The notes under the pieces are model-generated. The model was not told where the DNA came from. It saw only the letters and a program-made list of their open reading frames with translations, and did not search any database. From Phycisphaerales bacterium (lineage in GTDB: Bacteria; Planctomycetota; Phycisphaerae; Phycisphaerales; UBA1924), in assembly GCA_965227605.1 (NCBI GenBank), contig OZ245745.1, forward strand, positions 945,694 to 1,009,693: a DNA stretch of 64,000 nt. Reading direction: 5' to 3'. Shown here in pieces: positions 19,918 to 30,682 of this stretch. Both the position numbers and the translations under genes were made by a program. Position 1 is the first letter of the stretch, and each line of letters begins with the position of its first letter.

Positions 19918-20655
19918 ATGCCTGAGCTCTCGGTGAACATCGATCATGTGGCGACGCTGCGGAACGCGCGGATGGGTCACGAGCCAGACCCGCTGCGTGC
20001 GGCGCACGAGGTGGAGCTTGGCGGCGCGGACGGTGTGACGGTGCACCTGCGCGAGGACCGGCGGCACATCCGCGACGAGGACGTGCGCCGCCTTCGGGAC
20101 GCCGTGAACGTGCGGTTCAACCTGGAGATGGCGGCGACGGATGAGATGATGGCGATCGCGCTGGAGGTGAAGCCGCACTCGGTGATGCTGGTGCCGGAGG
20201 GGCGGCGGGAGGTGACGACCGAGGGCGGGCTGGATGTTGTGGGGCAGCGGGAATGGTTGCGTGAGGTGGTCGAGCGGTTCCGGGGGACGGGCTCGTTTGT
20301 GTCGGCTTTTATCGATGCGGAAGCCGCGCAGGTTGAGACGGCGGGGGAGCTAGGCTTTGATATCTGCGAGGTGCACACGGGGCCGTACGCGGCGCGGCAC
20401 CGGGAGTGCGGCGGGGATCTGCGGCAGGCGGCGCTGGCGGATGAGCTGGGGCGCGTGCGCGAGGCGGGGGAGCGGATCCGGGCGGCGGGGATGCGCTTCA
20501 ACGCGGGGCACGCGCTGAACTATCACAACGTGCGCCCCATCGCGGGGCTGGAGGGGGTGGAAGAGCTGCACATCGGGCACGCCGTGGTGTCGCGGGCGGT
20601 GTATACAGGGTTGCGGTGTGCGGTTCGGGAGATGCGGGATCTGATTGGGTATTGA
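19918..20655 (+). CDS. pdxJ: Pyridoxine 5'-phosphate synthase
   Basis: MPELSVNIDHVATLRNARMGHEPDPLRAAHEVELGGADGVTVHLREDRRHI matches the PdxJ N-terminus. Alternative upstream ATGs at 19894 and 19912. Confidence 0.85.
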   Translation: MPELSVNIDHVATLRNARMGHEPDPLRAAHEVELGGADGVTVHLREDRRHIRDEDVRRLRDAVNVRFNLEMAATDEMMAIALEVKPHSVMLVPEGRREVTTEGGLDVVGQREWLREVVERFRGTGSFVSAFIDAEAAQVETAGELGFDICEVHTGPYAARHRECGGDLRQAALADELGRVREAGERIRAAGMRFNAGHALNYHNVRPIAGLEGVEELHIGHAVVSRAVYTGLRCAVREMRDLIGY

Positions 20656-20808
20656 GTGGTTGCGCGCTGCTGATTGACGCCGGCATGTAATGTTTGGATT
20701 TTGTTTATTAGTCATACGGTCGTAAGCTATTGATATAAAGATATTTATTGGATGTTTAGGTTGTGTGAGTTTGGCTTGAAGGTTGGTTCTTGCTACACTT
20801 GCTGGACT

Positions 20809-22233
20809 ATGAGCAACGCAGCCGCCAAGACCGTTTCACGACGCCGGAGCCGACGCTCTGGGGGGTCGTCCAAGTCGCTTTCCTCCTTTGAAAATTACAC
20901 CGAAGCGCTGCGGTACCTGAAGTCGCTGACGAACGTGGAGACGACGCGGGCGCGCCGTTTGTCGTCGGAGATGCTGACGCTGGACCGGATGCGGGCGCTG
21001 CTCAAGAAGCTGGGGAACCCGCAGGACGAGTTCAAGAGCGTGCACGTCGCGGGGACGAAGGGGAAGGGCTCGACGTGCGTGATGCTGGAGACGGCGCTGC
21101 GGTCGTGCCGGTACACGGTGGGCTCGTTCACCAGCCCACACCTGATGGATGTGCGGGAGCGGATCCAGATCGATGGGCAGATGGTGTCGCACGCGGCGTT
21201 CACGGATCTGTTGCGGCAGGTGGTCGATGCGGCAGTGAAGCTGCCGGCGCGGATGGGGGCGCCCTCGTACTTCGAGGCACTTACGGCGATGGCGTTCCTG
21301 CGTTTCGCGGAGCAGGCGGTGGACCTTGCGGTGATCGAGACGGGGCTGGGCGGTCGCCTGGACTCGACGAACGTGATCACGCCGGAGGTATCGATCATCA
21401 CGGCGATCGGGTTGGATCACACGCAGCTTCTGGGCGAGACGGTGGAGGAGATCGCGCGGGAGAAAGCCGGCATCATGAAAAAGGGTGTGCCGACCATCAC
21501 GATCGATCAGTCCGAGGGTGTGGCGGCGGCGCTGGCGGAGGTCGCTGAGGAAGTTGGCGCCGAGCTGCGGGTGCTGGGGAAAGACATCGATTTCAGTTAT
21601 CGCTTTGAGGCGTCGCCCAAGCTGGGGCCGCACACCTGCGTGTGTCTGACGACGGAGCGGAGCTCGTTCGAGCACGTATCGGTGCCGCTGCCCGGCGAGC
21701 ATCAGGCGCTCAACTGCGGGCTGGCGCTGGCGGCTTTGGACCTGCTGCGCGAGCGCGGGTTCGAGCTGAAAGAGACGCCGATGATCGAGAGCCTAGAGGG
21801 GGTGGATCTGCCCGGGCGGATGGAGCAGGTGTCGACGGCGCCGCGGGTGCTGATCGATGGCGCCCACAACCCCGACAGCTTGAAGGCGCTGATGCGTTCG
21901 ATCGGGGCGCACGTGCCGTACGACTCGATGGTGGTGATCTTCGGGTGCGCTGAGGACAAGGACGTGGACGGGCTTTTGCGGGAGATCTCGCTGGGCGCGG
22001 ACAAGGTGGTCTTCACGCGGGCGAAGGGGAACCAGCGGGCCTGTGATCCCACGGAGCTGGCGAAACGGTTCGCTGAGGTGTCGGGGCGGATGAGCCAGAC
22101 GGCGGACTCGATCGCGGAGGCGGTGGAGACGGCGGAGCACGCGGTGGGCCGCGAGGATCTGATCTGCGTGACGGGGAGCTTCGTTCTGGCGGGCGAGGCG
22201 AAGAAGCATTTTTTGCGGGTCGCGGCGGGCTGA
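20809..22233 (+). CDS. folC: Bifunctional folylpolyglutamate synthase / dihydrofolate synthase
   Basis: Mur-ligase-type P-loop VHVAGTKGKGST and FolC-like downstream motifs. Start at ATG 20809 (MSNAAAKT) after an AT-rich upstream region. Confidence 0.8.
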   Translation: MSNAAAKTVSRRRSRRSGGSSKSLSSFENYTEALRYLKSLTNVETTRARRLSSEMLTLDRMRALLKKLGNPQDEFKSVHVAGTKGKGSTCVMLETALRSCRYTVGSFTSPHLMDVRERIQIDGQMVSHAAFTDLLRQVVDAAVKLPARMGAPSYFEALTAMAFLRFAEQAVDLAVIETGLGGRLDSTNVITPEVSIITAIGLDHTQLLGETVEEIAREKAGIMKKGVPTITIDQSEGVAAALAEVAEEVGAELRVLGKDIDFSYRFEASPKLGPHTCVCLTTERSSFEHVSVPLPGEHQALNCGLALAALDLLRERGFELKETPMIESLEGVDLPGRMEQVSTAPRVLIDGAHNPDSLKALMRSIGAHVPYDSMVVIFGCAEDKDVDGLLREISLGADKVVFTRAKGNQRACDPTELAKRFAEVSGRMSQTADSIAEAVETAEHAVGREDLICVTGSFVLAGEAKKHFLRVAAG

Positions 22234-22271
22234 GCGCGGACGGCTGAGGCGGTTGGGTACACTCCGGGGCT

Positions 22272-25238
22272 ATGGCTGAGACGGCATCTGGATCGGCGTC
22301 GGTTGGTTCTTCGCGCGACGAGCGGGCGGCGCGCCGGTACTCCGCGGCCCTCGCGAACGAGATCGAGCGCAAGTGGCAAGAGCGCTGGCAAGAGACGGGT
22401 GCGTTCGAGGCGCCGAACCCGTCGGGCGATCTGGCTGAGGGCTTCGGCGAGGTCGAGAGCGGTGCGAAGCTGTACGTGCTGGATATGTTCCCGTACCCCT
22501 CCGGGGTCGGTCTGCACGTCGGGCACCCGCTGGGGTACATCGCGACGGATATTTACGCGCGGTTCCACCGCATGGACGGGAAGAACGTGCTGCACGCGAT
22601 GGGGTACGACGCGTTCGGGTTGCCGGCGGAGCAGTACGCGGTGCAGACGGGGACGCACCCGCGGGTGCGCACGGAGGAGAACATCGCGAACATGCGCCGC
22701 CAGTTGCGGCGGCTCGGGCTCGGGCACGACGCGCGGCGGTCGGTGAGCACGACGGACGTTGATTTTTATCGCTGGACGCAGTGGATCTTTTTGCAGGTGT
22801 ACAACGCGTGGTTCGATGCGGAGGCGAACCGTGCACGGCCGATCTCGGAGCTTGTTGCGGAGTTCGAGAGCGGTGATCGCGCGCCGGTGAGCGAGGCGAA
22901 CCCGCACGACGCGTCGTGGGATTCCCTGAGCGACCGCGACCGTCGGCGCGTGGTGGACAGCTACCGCCTGGCGTACCTGGAAGAGGCGGCGGTGAACTGG
23001 TGCCCGCAGCTGGGGACGGTGCTGGCGAACGAGGAGGTCACGGCGGACGGGCGGAGCGAGCGCGGGAACTTCCCGGTGTACAAGCGTCCGCTCAAGCAGT
23101 GGATGATGCGGATTACGTCGTACGCGCAGCGGCTTTTGGATGATCTGGCGCAGGTGGACTGGCCCGAGGCGGTGAAGCTGATGCAGCGGAACTGGATCGG
23201 GCGGAGCGAGGGGGCGCTGGTTGATTTCGGAGTGACGACTTCGGCCGGCGAGGCGGAGATGATCCGCGTCTTCACGACGCGCCCGGACACGCTGTTCGGG
23301 GCGACGTACATGGTGCTGGCGCCGGAGCACCCGCTGGTGGATCGCATCGTGGCGAAGGACTGGCCCGCCAGCACACAGGCGGCGTGGAAGGGGCGGTTCC
23401 CGGGCGCGGGGGCGCTCGCGCCCAAGCAAGCAGTGGAGGCGTATCGGAGCTTCGCGGCGTCGCGGACGGATGTGCAGCGCCAGGCAGAGGAGAAGGACAA
23501 GACGGGGGTGTTTACCGGGGCGTTCGCGGTGAACCCGGTGAACGGGGAGCGCGTGCCGGTGTTTATCGCGGACTACGTGCTGATGGGGTACGGCACGGGG
23601 GCGATCATGGCGGTGCCGGCGCACGACGAACGTGACTTCGCGTTCGCGAAGCAGTTCGAGCTGTCCGTGATCCCGGTGTATGAGCCGGCGAGCGCGCCGG
23701 ACGGGAAAGACCTGGACGCGTTCCGCGCGAAGGTCGCCGCGGGCGAGGCGTGCTTCTCGGGTGAGGGCGCGGTGGTGAACTCCGGGCGGTTTGATGGGAT
23801 GGGCACGGCGGAGGCGAAGAAGGCCATCGTTGCGCAGCTGGAGAACGATCTGAGCGGGACGCACGCGGTGACGTTCAAGCTGCGGGACTGGCTGTTCTCG
23901 CGTCAGCGGTACTGGGGCGAGCCGTTCCCGATCGTGTACGACGCGGAGGGTTCGCCGCACGCCGTGCCGGAGTCGGAGCTGCCTGTTGAGCTGCCCGAGC
24001 TGGAGAACTTCCAGCCCGAATCATCGGATGACCCGGACGCGCCGCCGCGCCCGCCGCTGGGGCGGGCGAAGGAGTGGGCGACGGTTGAGCTCGATCTCGG
24101 CGACGGGGTGAAGAGGTACACGCGCGAGCTGAACACGATGCCGCAGTGGGCGGGGTCGTGCTGGTATTACCTGCGGTACCTGGATCCGAAGAACGAGGGC
24201 GCGTTTGTTGATCCGGCGGTCGAGCGGTATTGGATGGGTGATCGCGCGGGGGGCGTTGATCTGTACGTCGGCGGTGTGGAGCACGCGGTGCTGCACCTGC
24301 TCTACGCCCGGTTCTGGCACAAGGTGCTATTCGACCTCAACCACGTATCAACCGTCGAGCCTTTCCAGCGGCTGTACAACCAGGGGTACATCCAGGCGTT
24401 CGCGTACACGGACGAGCGCGGGGTGTATGTCGAGGCGGAAGAAGTTGTCGACGCCGACGGCAAGCGCGTCGGGCACGACCCTGGCGCCGAGGGGCCGTAC
24501 TTCTTTGAGGGGCGCGAGGTGTCGCGTGAGTACGGCAAGATGGGTAAGAGCCTGAAGAACGCCGTGGCGCCGGACGAGATCTGCGAGAGTTACGGCGCCG
24601 ACACGCTGCGGCTGTACGAGATGTACCTCGGGCCGCTGGACCAGTCGAAGCCGTGGAACACGGACGACATCATCGGCGTGCACCGGTTCCTGCAGCGGCT
24701 GTGGCGGAATCTCGTTGACGAGCAGACGGGCGCGCTGCGTGTGACGGACGAGGCGGCGGATGAGGAATCACGGCGCACGCTGCATAAAACGATCGCGGGT
24801 GTGCGCGAGGATATGGCTGTGCTGCGCTTCAACACGGCGATCGCCAAGCTGATCGAACTGAACAACGCGCTCACGAAGCTGGTGGCGAAGATCGGTTCGT
24901 GCCCGCGGGAGATCGCCGAGGCGCTGGCGCTGATGCTGGCCCCGCTGGCGCCGCATGTGGCGGAGGAGCTGTGGGAGCGGCTTGGTCACGAAGGCGGGCT
25001 GACGCGCGCGCCCTTCCCGGAAGCGGATGAGTCGCTGCTGGTGGCGGACACCGTGGAGATCGCGGTGCAGCTGGCGGGGAAGGTGAAGGCGCGGATTCAG
25101 GCGCCGGCGGACGCGGACGCCAAGGCGCTCGAAGCGTTCACGCTCGCTCACGAAGACGTGGCGGGTTTGCTCGAGGGCAAGACGGTGCGCAAGGTGATCG
25201 CGGTGCCCGGGCGGTTGGTGAACATCATCGTGAGCTGA
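22272..25238 (+). CDS. leuS: Leucine--tRNA ligase
   Basis: Class I HIGH motif ([16 protein letters not shown]) and KMSKS motif (KMGKSLKN). 988 aa. Confidence 0.95.
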   Translation: MAETASGSASVGSSRDERAARRYSAALANEIERKWQERWQETGAFEAPNPSGDLAEGFGEVESGAKLYVLDMFPYPSGVGLHVGHPLGYIATDIYARFHRMDGKNVLHAMGYDAFGLPAEQYAVQTGTHPRVRTEENIANMRRQLRRLGLGHDARRSVSTTDVDFYRWTQWIFLQVYNAWFDAEANRARPISELVAEFESGDRAPVSEANPHDASWDSLSDRDRRRVVDSYRLAYLEEAAVNWCPQLGTVLANEEVTADGRSERGNFPVYKRPLKQWMMRITSYAQRLLDDLAQVDWPEAVKLMQRNWIGRSEGALVDFGVTTSAGEAEMIRVFTTRPDTLFGATYMVLAPEHPLVDRIVAKDWPASTQAAWKGRFPGAGALAPKQAVEAYRSFAASRTDVQRQAEEKDKTGVFTGAFAVNPVNGERVPVFIADYVLMGYGTGAIMAVPAHDERDFAFAKQFELSVIPVYEPASAPDGKDLDAFRAKVAAGEACFSGEGAVVNSGRFDGMGTAEAKKAIVAQLENDLSGTHAVTFKLRDWLFSRQRYWGEPFPIVYDAEGSPHAVPESELPVELPELENFQPESSDDPDAPPRPPLGRAKEWATVELDLGDGVKRYTRELNTMPQWAGSCWYYLRYLDPKNEGAFVDPAVERYWMGDRAGGVDLYVGGVEHAVLHLLYARFWHKVLFDLNHVSTVEPFQRLYNQGYIQAFAYTDERGVYVEAEEVVDADGKRVGHDPGAEGPYFFEGREVSREYGKMGKSLKNAVAPDEICESYGADTLRLYEMYLGPLDQSKPWNTDDIIGVHRFLQRLWRNLVDEQTGALRVTDEAADEESRRTLHKTIAGVREDMAVLRFNTAIAKLIELNNALTKLVAKIGSCPREIAEALALMLAPLAPHVAEELWERLGHEGGLTRAPFPEADESLLVADTVEIAVQLAGKVKARIQAPADADAKALEAFTLAHEDVAGLLEGKTVRKVIAVPGRLVNIIVS

Positions 25239-25247
25239 GGATGCGGC

Positions 25248-26306
25248 TTAGCGTTGGGCGTTGCCCAAGCGGCCCTGGGTTTGTTTGTAGTCGCGCTCGG
25301 CGGCTTCGAGTTGGAACTCGATGCGTTTGATATCGCTCTGGATGCGCTGGAAGGCGCGGGAGCCGGGGTCTTCGGCGGCGAGCGAGGTGCGGAGGGCGCC
25401 GAGCTGAGTGCGCAGGTCGGGGATGAGCTTGCGGAGCTGCTGGACGCGGGCGAGATCGGCGCGGCGGATGCGGGTGAGGGCGTCTTTGCCCGCGTCGAGG
25501 CGGGCGAGGGCGGAGACGCTGCGCTGGGCGTCGCTGAGGGCCTGAGGTCGCCCGGCGGGCGGCATGGCGGGGGCGTCGGTGCGTTTGCGGAAGTTGGCGG
25601 TCCACGCGTTGGCGTCGGCTTGCGAGAGGGTGAGGGCGGCGGGCTCGGCGAGGCCGATGCGTCGGGCGCGGACGAGCCAGGCACCCTCGAGCCAGCGGGC
25701 ATCGGGCTGGGCGCCGACGTTGCGCAGGTCGGCGAAGGAGCGGGTCGGGACCTCGAGTTCGAGGCGCTGACCGCGGCGCAGGACGGTGATGTTGAGTGTC
25801 TCGCCCGGGTCGAGCGAGAGGATGACATGGCGGAGCGTGCTGACGCTCCCGGCGCGGGGGAGCCCGGCGAGGGTGACGCCCTGGGCTTCGACGGCGAGGT
25901 CGCCCGCTTCGAGGATGTCGTCGGCGGGGAAGCCGGGGACGGTGGCTTCGATGACGACACCCGGAACGGGGGCCGCGGCGGGCGGGTTGCCGAACTGCAC
26001 GCCTAGCCCGGCGCGGGGCGAGAGCAGGAAGCGCTGGCGGAGGGCCTCGCTGAGGCGGGAGCGCTGCTCGGGGGTGAGGGCGCTGGCGTCGATGTCTTTC
26101 TCGAAGGCGGCGGCGAGTTCTTCGGCGCGTTGGATGAGTTCGACGGTGGCGCGCTCGCGTTCGATGAGTTGCGGCGCGTCGAGCTGGGCGATGATGTCGC
26201 TCAGCGTTGGGGCGTCGCTCTCAGTCTGAGCGAAGGCGCTCGCGGCGCTCAGGAGGACGAGGGCTCCAGCGAGCTTCGCACAAGTTCGGAGTGCTCCGTG
26301 AGCCAT
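25248..26306 (-). CDS. Secreted PDZ-domain protein with C-terminal coiled coil
   Basis: Signal peptide MAHGALRTCAKLAGALVLLSAASAFAQ. PDZ-like segment GLGVQFGN...GVVIEATVPGFPADDILEAGDLAVEAQGVTL. Its start overlaps the 3' end of the upstream ORF by ~58 nt, so one of the two boundaries is uncertain. Confidence 0.5.
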   Translation of the reverse strand: MAHGALRTCAKLAGALVLLSAASAFAQTESDAPTLSDIIAQLDAPQLIERERATVELIQRAEELAAAFEKDIDASALTPEQRSRLSEALRQRFLLSPRAGLGVQFGNPPAAAPVPGVVIEATVPGFPADDILEAGDLAVEAQGVTLAGLPRAGSVSTLRHVILSLDPGETLNITVLRRGQRLELEVPTRSFADLRNVGAQPDARWLEGAWLVRARRIGLAEPAALTLSQADANAWTANFRKRTDAPAMPPAGRPQALSDAQRSVSALARLDAGKDALTRIRRADLARVQQLRKLIPDLRTQLGALRTSLAAEDPGSRAFQRIQSDIKRIEFQLEAAERDYKQTQGRLGNAQR

Positions 26307-27292
26307 GCGGCCTTTCTCTCGATCATCCTCAGGAAATCGGTCGCGTCGTGGCGACCGAAGGAGCCTGTCTCGGCGATGGGGCCGGCGGCCTCGGCGATGA
26401 GGGATTCGGCCATCAGCCAGGGGGCGACTTTGAGTTCCGAGTCGCTGAGTCGGCACCCCTCCACGCCATCATACCCGGAGAGGAACCAGGAGAGGCGCCT
26501 TAAATCAGGATCGTCGGCCCAGGCGTCGAGGTCGTCGCCGCCTCTGATAAGGCTGAATTGAAGGGCGCCGGAGGCGACGTCGGCGCAGCGTGCGTCGGTG
26601 TGGGCGGCGTCGTAGTCGAGTGCGGCGGCGACGTCGCCGTTCTTGAAGACAACGTTCCCGGGGTGCCAGTCGCCGTGGACGACCTGGCGGGGCCAGGCGG
26701 CGTAGCCGGCGGCCTCGACGCGCTCGATGGCGCTGCGGTAGAGGTCGAGCAGCGCTGCGCCGACGGCGCCCTGGTCTTCGGGGCGTTTGCTGATGCGCTG
26801 GAGGCGACGCACGACGCCGTCGGCGGCGTGGAAGCCGCGGGCGGGCGCCTCCGCGTCGGGTCGGAAGTCGGCGGTGAGGCGGTGGAGGATGGCGAGAGCG
26901 CGCCCGGCGGCGCGGGTTTCGCCCTCGGTCGCGGAGTAGGGATCGCCGGCGACGTACTCGAAGAGTTCGTAGAGGCGGTCGCTCAGCTGGAGGATGGAGT
27001 TGTTGTCGTCGCGCGTGCCGAGGAGGCGGGGCAGGGGGTAGCCGCGCGAGGCGAGGTGCAATTGCAGTTGGTGTGAGAAAGCGACGCGGGCCGGGTTGCT
27101 GCGGGCCTTGCCGCGGCGTTTGAAGAGGAGGACGCCTTTGGTGGTGCGGAGGAGAACTTTGGGGGCGTCGCCCGAGCCGCGTTTGACGGGGCGGATCTCT
27201 GAGATGACGCCGGTGTCGTAGTGGGAGAGGGCGATCGCGAGTTCGGCGGGGTCGAAGGCGGCGGGCGCGTTGTCGGCGGCGTGCTCGCTCAT
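26249..27292 (-). CDS. Phosphotransferase (APH/homoserine-kinase-II-like protein-kinase fold)
   Basis: Brenner/catalytic motif VVHGDWHPGNVVF and a DYD metal-binding motif. Start MSEHAAD, whose ATG overlaps the yicC stop (TGATG). Confidence 0.65.
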   Translation of the reverse strand: MSEHAADNAPAAFDPAELAIALSHYDTGVISEIRPVKRGSGDAPKVLLRTTKGVLLFKRRGKARSNPARVAFSHQLQLHLASRGYPLPRLLGTRDDNNSILQLSDRLYELFEYVAGDPYSATEGETRAAGRALAILHRLTADFRPDAEAPARGFHAADGVVRRLQRISKRPEDQGAVGAALLDLYRSAIERVEAAGYAAWPRQVVHGDWHPGNVVFKNGDVAAALDYDAAHTDARCADVASGALQFSLIRGGDDLDAWADDPDLRRLSWFLSGYDGVEGCRLSDSELKVAPWLMAESLIAEAAGPIAETGSFGRHDATDFLRMIERKAAWLTEHSELVRSSLEPSSS

Positions 27293-28182
27293 CACTCCAC
27301 GTTCTGGACCTGCTCTTTGATGCGGTCGATGGCGCCCTTGATCTCGACGATCTCGCGGGAGATGTCGGCGTCGTTGCACTTGCTGCCGATGGTGTTGGCC
27401 TCGCGGAGCATCTCCTGGGCGAGGAAGTCGAGGGTGCGCCCAACCGGCGCGTCGTCGGGGGAGCCGATGAGCTCACGGAACTGGGCGATGTGCCCGCTGA
27501 GACGCTGGAGTTCTTCGGCGATGTCGGAGCGTTCGGCGAAGACGGCGACTTCGCGTACGAGGTCGGCGGGTTCGACGGCGAGCTGGGCCTCTTCGAGCAT
27601 CTGTTCGAGGCGGGTGCTGAGGCGCTGGGCGTAGGCCTCGACGACGACTGGGGCGCGCTCGCTGATGCGGCCCAAGCGCTCGGCGATCACGTCGGCGAGC
27701 TGCTCGAGTTCGCTGAGGAGGATCGCGCCTTCCTTGCGCCGGCGCTCGATGAGCTGTTCGCTGGCGGTGTCAAGGAGGCGGTCGATGGCGCGGCGGGCGC
27801 GGGCGAGGCGCTGCTCGTCGTTGGTCGCGGGCTGGAGGACGCCGGGGAGACCCAGCAGGGAGCCGAGGTCGAAGGAGACGCTGCCGTTGGAGAGGCTGGG
27901 GGCGGAGCGGGCCTGCTCGATGTAGCGCTCGAGGGCCTCGTGGTTGATGGCCTGGGCGGCGTCGCCGGTGGTGTCGGAGCACTTGACGCTGAGGGTGACG
28001 GTGCCGCGGGTGAGGCGTTTGCGCAGGTTGGATTCGAGCTCTGCCTCGAGGCCCTGGAGGTCGTCGGGCAGGCGCAGGACGCTCTTGAAGTACTTGGCGT
28101 TGAGGCTGCGGAGTTCGACGAAGAACTGGGCGCCATCCTCGACGCCTGAGGCCTCGCCGAAGCCGGTCATGCTGCGGATCAT
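27292..28182 (-). CDS. yicC: YicC family stress-induced protein
   Basis: MIRSMTGFG N-terminus and length ~296 aa, typical of the YicC_N/DUF1732 family. Confidence 0.8.
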   Translation of the reverse strand: MIRSMTGFGEASGVEDGAQFFVELRSLNAKYFKSVLRLPDDLQGLEAELESNLRKRLTRGTVTLSVKCSDTTGDAAQAINHEALERYIEQARSAPSLSNGSVSFDLGSLLGLPGVLQPATNDEQRLARARRAIDRLLDTASEQLIERRRKEGAILLSELEQLADVIAERLGRISERAPVVVEAYAQRLSTRLEQMLEEAQLAVEPADLVREVAVFAERSDIAEELQRLSGHIAQFRELIGSPDDAPVGRTLDFLAQEMLREANTIGSKCNDADISREIVEIKGAIDRIKEQVQNVE

Positions 28183-28204
28183 GCTCGCTCCCCCACGGGC
28201 GAGG

Positions 28205-28639
28205 TCACTGGGGATCGTCCTCTGCGGTGGGCTCTTCGGAAGTGGGCTCGGGCGTGGTGTCGCCTTCGAGGGTCGGGGTTGAGTCGGCGGGGGAGGTGAC
28301 TGGGGCGTCCTCAACCGGAACGCCGGCGCCGGCGGGTTCTTCCGTGGTCTGAGCAGGGCCGGCGGCCGGGAGTGGGGTGGCCTCGGGCGGGCGGAGGGCG
28401 AAGTTCAGGCCGATGGCGATGCCCAGGAAGACGACGAAGACAACGATGGTGGAGATGGTGAGGGCGTCGCCGGTGCGGGCGCCGAAGGCGGATTGGCCGG
28501 AGCCCCCGCTGCCCGCGCCGAAGGCGCCGGAGAGGCCGCCGCCCTGCGGGCGCTGGATGAGCACGACGAGGATCATCGCGAGAGAGATGACGAGGAAGAG
28601 CACCACGAGAAGCGCGATGCCGATGCGGTCGTAGTCCAC
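28205..28639 (-). CDS. secG: Preprotein translocase subunit SecG
   Basis: Two TM helices flanking the Gly-rich loop VLIQRPQGGGLSGAFGAGSGG. Acidic, Pro-rich tail. Confidence 0.8.
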   Translation of the reverse strand: MDYDRIGIALLVVLFLVISLAMILVVLIQRPQGGGLSGAFGAGSGGSGQSAFGARTGDALTISTIVVFVVFLGIAIGLNFALRPPEATPLPAAGPAQTTEEPAGAGVPVEDAPVTSPADSTPTLEGDTTPEPTSEEPTAEDDPQ

Positions 28640-28657
28640 GGGTCGGTTCCTTCTGGG

Positions 28658-29440
<783 letters not shown>

Positions 29441-29512
29441 GGCGGGCTCCGGGAGGGGGTGAAATCGAGCCGAGCAGTATACCGCACTGGCTTTGCGAGC
29501 CGGGATTGGGGG

Positions 29513-29549
29513 TGAAAAAAAGCCCCGCCCGGTGGGAGCGGGCGGGGCG
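29513..29549 (-). terminator. Rho-independent terminator on minus strand (GCCCCGCCCGCTCCCACCGGGCGGGGC plus T8)
   Basis: Perfect GC hairpin followed by TTTTTTTT when read on the minus strand. Lies between mraZ and tpiA. Confidence 0.7.
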
Positions 29550-29920
29550 GTGGTCGTCCCGGCGTCGGTGGGGGACCGCCGGGGCTTGATCGCCCGCCCG
29601 GCTCCGAAAAGGGAGGGCGAGCCTGCGGGACTCGCGGGGGCGGAGCGCCTCCCGGTCGTCCCAAGTGTTCGGCGGGGCTGCTCACCCGGCCGAACGGTTC
29701 GGCGTGCGGCGCGTAAGCGCCCTTCGATGCGGCGGAGCGACCGATCCGTCGCGAGCGACGGGAAGGTCGCGGGCGCGTCCCTGCGCCCTGGCCAGCGCCG
29801 TCCGTGGACTAGCCGACCGATTCCCTTCGTTCTCCGCGGCACGCATCCGTTCCCCTCCGGTCGGCCGCCGTGCCGACGTTCGGGGGCTTCCCGAGAATCC
29901 CGCGTGCGCCCGCTAGGGCG

Positions 29921-30391
29921 TTACGCGCGTGAGTCGTTCTGCTGCGAGCGTTTGCGCTCGAGCTTCGCGGTGAGGCTCGGGAGCGCTTCCAGGCGTTCCC
30001 GCATGCTGCTGCGCCAGGCGGCGCGGTCCCGAATCTCCAGCCAGTCGCCCGCGCCCACCAAGGCCACTTCCGTCGGAAGGCCGACCAGCTCGAGGATGTC
30101 CTCCGGCAGACGCACCCGCCCCGCGGAGTCCATCTCCACGCGCCGCGCGAGCCCGAAGAGCGTCGTCAACAACTCCGCCTGATCCGGGTCGGGCGTCAGC
30201 GTCGAGGAGTACATCCGCGAGCGTTCCGTGAAGAACGTCTCCGTGTAGAGACGCAGCGAGCCGCCCGTCCAGGGCACCGCGTACCAGGCGTTCCCGTCGA
30301 CCTCCGGGCTCCAGCGCGAGCGGATGTCGGCCGGGACCGCGAGACGGTTCTTGGAGTCGATCGTGTGCTCGTAGCTGCCCGTGAAAAGCAC
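29921..30391 (-). CDS. mraZ: Transcriptional regulator MraZ
   Basis: MLFTGSYEHTIDSKNRLAVPADIR is the MraZ N-terminus. Two SpoVT/AbrB-like halves. Not followed by rsmH/ftsL/ftsI. Confidence 0.85.
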   Translation of the reverse strand: MLFTGSYEHTIDSKNRLAVPADIRSRWSPEVDGNAWYAVPWTGGSLRLYTETFFTERSRMYSSTLTPDPDQAELLTTLFGLARRVEMDSAGRVRLPEDILELVGLPTEVALVGAGDWLEIRDRAAWRSSMRERLEALPSLTAKLERKRSQQNDSRA

Positions 30392-30682
30392 TCATGCGTC
30401 CCCAAGCCCCCCGTTCGTGACGGTGATGGGAAACTAACCCACTCTCCCCCACAGTGCAACACAATTCATTCTTGCGGCCACATCTTGGCGGTTTTTTCTC
30501 CCAAATGATGATTCGATAATTATTTAGAGCACGCGAAAATTGTCCACGAGTTATCGACATGAAGCGTTTTCGTTCTCATCACGCGTGTGGGTAAGGGGAT
30601 GCATTCCTGTCGCAAATCGCTAGTCTGGAAACGAGAGAGCGCGAATCCCCGGTACGCGGGGTTCGTGGTGAGGAGAGAGAGC

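Noticed and set aside
21702-23960. 752-aa minus ORF antisense to folC/leuS, and 20836..21702 minus
   Set aside because: Arg/Pro-rich antisense frames. Plus-strand folC and leuS have catalytic motifs.
29493-30182. 229-aa Arg-rich plus ORF covering the mraZ-downstream noncoding region and antisense mraZ
   Set aside because: Extreme Arg/Ser/Pro bias, no motif, and it overlaps mraZ antisense. I treat the region as noncoding (see finding).
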